In this document: positions 18,394-20,000 of the stretch, piece by piece
Layout: each line of letters starts with the position of its first letter
Position numbering within the stretch: position 1 is the stretch's first letter
Origin: Spirogloea muscicola
Taxonomy: Eukaryota
Reading direction: 5' to 3'
Assembly (NCBI GenBank): GCA_009602725.1
Contig: WELB01000022.1
Location: 883,602-903,601, forward strand
Length of the DNA stretch: 20,000 nucleotides
Translations under genes and position numbers: made by a program
The notes under the pieces: model-generated
What the model saw: the letters and a program-made list of their open reading frames with translations, nothing else
Told to the model about the DNA's origin: nothing
Databases searched by the model: none

Positions 18394-20000
18394 TCAGCTG
18401 TTGAGGGCCTCAGTGACCGCGCCAAAGTCGTAGACAAACCAGTCGGCCCCGGCCTTCACCGTCGGCCGGACCTGCATCCCGCCATAGCCAATGAAGAGGT
18501 CCGCACCGCCGGGTCTGTGTGCCTGGTGGCGCCGAGGTAACCCCAGGAAGGTCAAGTTCCTAAGAAGAGCCTAATGGCAGAAGGCACAGACAAGCTGCGG
18601 TACTTTGTCAACACAAATTAGCACGTGCAGGCAAGCAGCCATGAAGTCGCGCAGGCGGCAATTCCACCTCAAGATCGGTCGCGCCGTCTCCCATCATCAC
18701 CAGGAGCTTGTGGCCGTGCTCCTGCCGGCAACACAATTCACTGCACAGTTCAGGTACTACGAGCAGTATATGGCTCCTCAAGAAATCGCATTGCAGAAGG
18801 CTGGTGTACGCTCAAGTCAAATGGAAGATATCCTAGGCCCAATCTGTACCCTCTTGATGCGCTCAATGACAGCGGCCTTGCCACCGCTGCGGGACGTTGG
18901 CTCGCTGGGGTCAAAGCCAGCGCACGACCCGTCATCGCTGAACAAGAGGCGGTTGGCAAAGATGCGCTCCCGGGGTATGCCAAGCAGCGCCGCGGCAGGC
19001 TGCGTGCATCGAGGCCCACTGCGGCGTCAGCTGCGTAGCACGCCTTGGGGCGATATATGTAGAGGCGCAATCGAGCGCCACTTCCCAAATGCTCAGCCAC
19101 TCTGAAAATTCCATGGTGAAAGTGCACCTCGATCATCTGCCGGAAGCCGCCGGAGACAAGGTACACCGTGGTGCCCCGCTTCTCGAGCGCGGCAATCAGC
19201 TCCTTGATGCCCGGGCTCAGCCTGCAGCCGCGAGACGACTGCACTGTGCCGCCCATTAGTGCTTCCCTCCTCGATCGGACTAAGCCTCTCTCTAGAAGAG
19301 TTTGTTAACTTGATTCAAGGGTCAAGTTCACAGTGAAGGTTGAGTTCTGGGCTAGGCTCCAGCTAACACGACCAGCACAACCTTCCCAGCACTAAGATGA
19401 AAAGAATACTCTTTCGCTTACGACAGATTCCCAAATGCCTAAGAGAATAGACATATAGAAAAGGTTGGATGGATGATTGACTAATTTCATATTGCCGCGT
19501 TCGACGAAGCAGCGGGCGCGGCCGCGGACGTCGAGGCTGTGGTTCGAACCGCCAGTCCTTGATGATGAAAAGCATCATCATCATCAAGAGAAGTCTGGGG
19601 GTTTCATTTTAGGTTAGGCTTTAGGGTTTAGGTTTAGGTTAGGGTTTAGGTTACGGTTTGTGGTTTAGGGTTCGGATGCAGGCGCCCGACCTGGGCGGGT
19701 GCTGCTCGAGGAAGGCGGCGAGGTCCGCGGCGGAGGGCGCGATGGCGGCGAGGCGCGCCGCCAGCGCGTCCTCGAACGGCACGGCGCCCGCCATGGCCCT
19801 GGCGGTCCAGGCGGCGACGGCGGCGCCCTTGCCACAGAAGGCGGCGAGCTCGTCGATGCCCTCGTCCACGCACACCGTGCTGTCCACGTCCAGCGCCACC
19901 GCGTCCGCGGCGCGCCACACCGCCAGCGCCTCTGCGCCGCCAGCGGCGCCCGCGGTGGCGTCGGCTGCTGCCGTGGCTCTCGTCCGGCCAGCGCCACTGC
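18394..20000 (-). CDS. PSP: Phosphoserine phosphatase (HAD family, plant plastid type), 5' end outside the window. Exons >20000-19691, 19221-19128, 18999-18850, 18721-18668, 18522-18394.
   Basis: Spliced translation shows HAD motif I DVDSTVCVDEGIDELA, WTARAMAGAVPFEDALAARL, PPRLSPGIKEL, motif II LVSGGFRQMI, IFANRLLF..GFDPSEPTSRSGGKA, motif IV MMGDGATDLEA and GGADLFIGYGG...ADWFV. All junctions are GT-AG and in phase. Confidence 0.95.
19608..19672. repeat. Degenerate telomere-like array (TTTAGG / TTAGGG / TTTAGGG units) in a PSP intron
   Basis: About 65 bp of mixed units beginning about 18 nt after the donor site at 19690. Confidence 0.88.

Noticed and set aside
201..20000. Functional gene cluster of RecQ3, OBERON, ISA3 and PSP
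   Set aside because: Unrelated pathways in an ordinary eukaryotic neighbourhood; nothing in the sequence indicates co-regulation.

Overview
Eukaryotic nuclear DNA from a green plant. Gene content and style suggest a streptophyte alga or early-diverging plant (inference; no taxon can be proven here). Four intron-rich genes were reconstructed by hand from GT-AG junctions with matching phases: the 3' end of a plant RecQ3-type helicase (+, 201-1561), an OBERON-like PHD-finger/coiled-coil gene (-, about 6162-2387, assembly gap in exon 1), a complete 23-exon isoamylase 3 (+, 10929-17414, about 778 aa), and a phosphoserine phosphatase lacking its 5' end (-, 20000-18394). The most unusual part is the 4.7 kb between the divergent OBERON and ISA3 genes. 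It holds roughly nine 5'-truncated 3' fragments, in both orientations, of one non-LTR retrotransposon family with a restriction-like endonuclease (RLE, CRE-like). One copy sits antisense inside another copy of the same family with a target-site duplication. The family ends in a GGGCTGGC-TTT-GCCAGCCC stem-loop and a TCTT-type tail rather than poly(A). The pile-up creates long inverted repeats and a 51-bp hairpin. Smaller items are a duplicated splice acceptor in OBERON intron 1, intronic telomere-like repeats and a 23-bp insertion with a direct-repeat flank. No prokaryotic system or CRISPR array is present. Family calls rest on motif recognition from memory, not on database searches.
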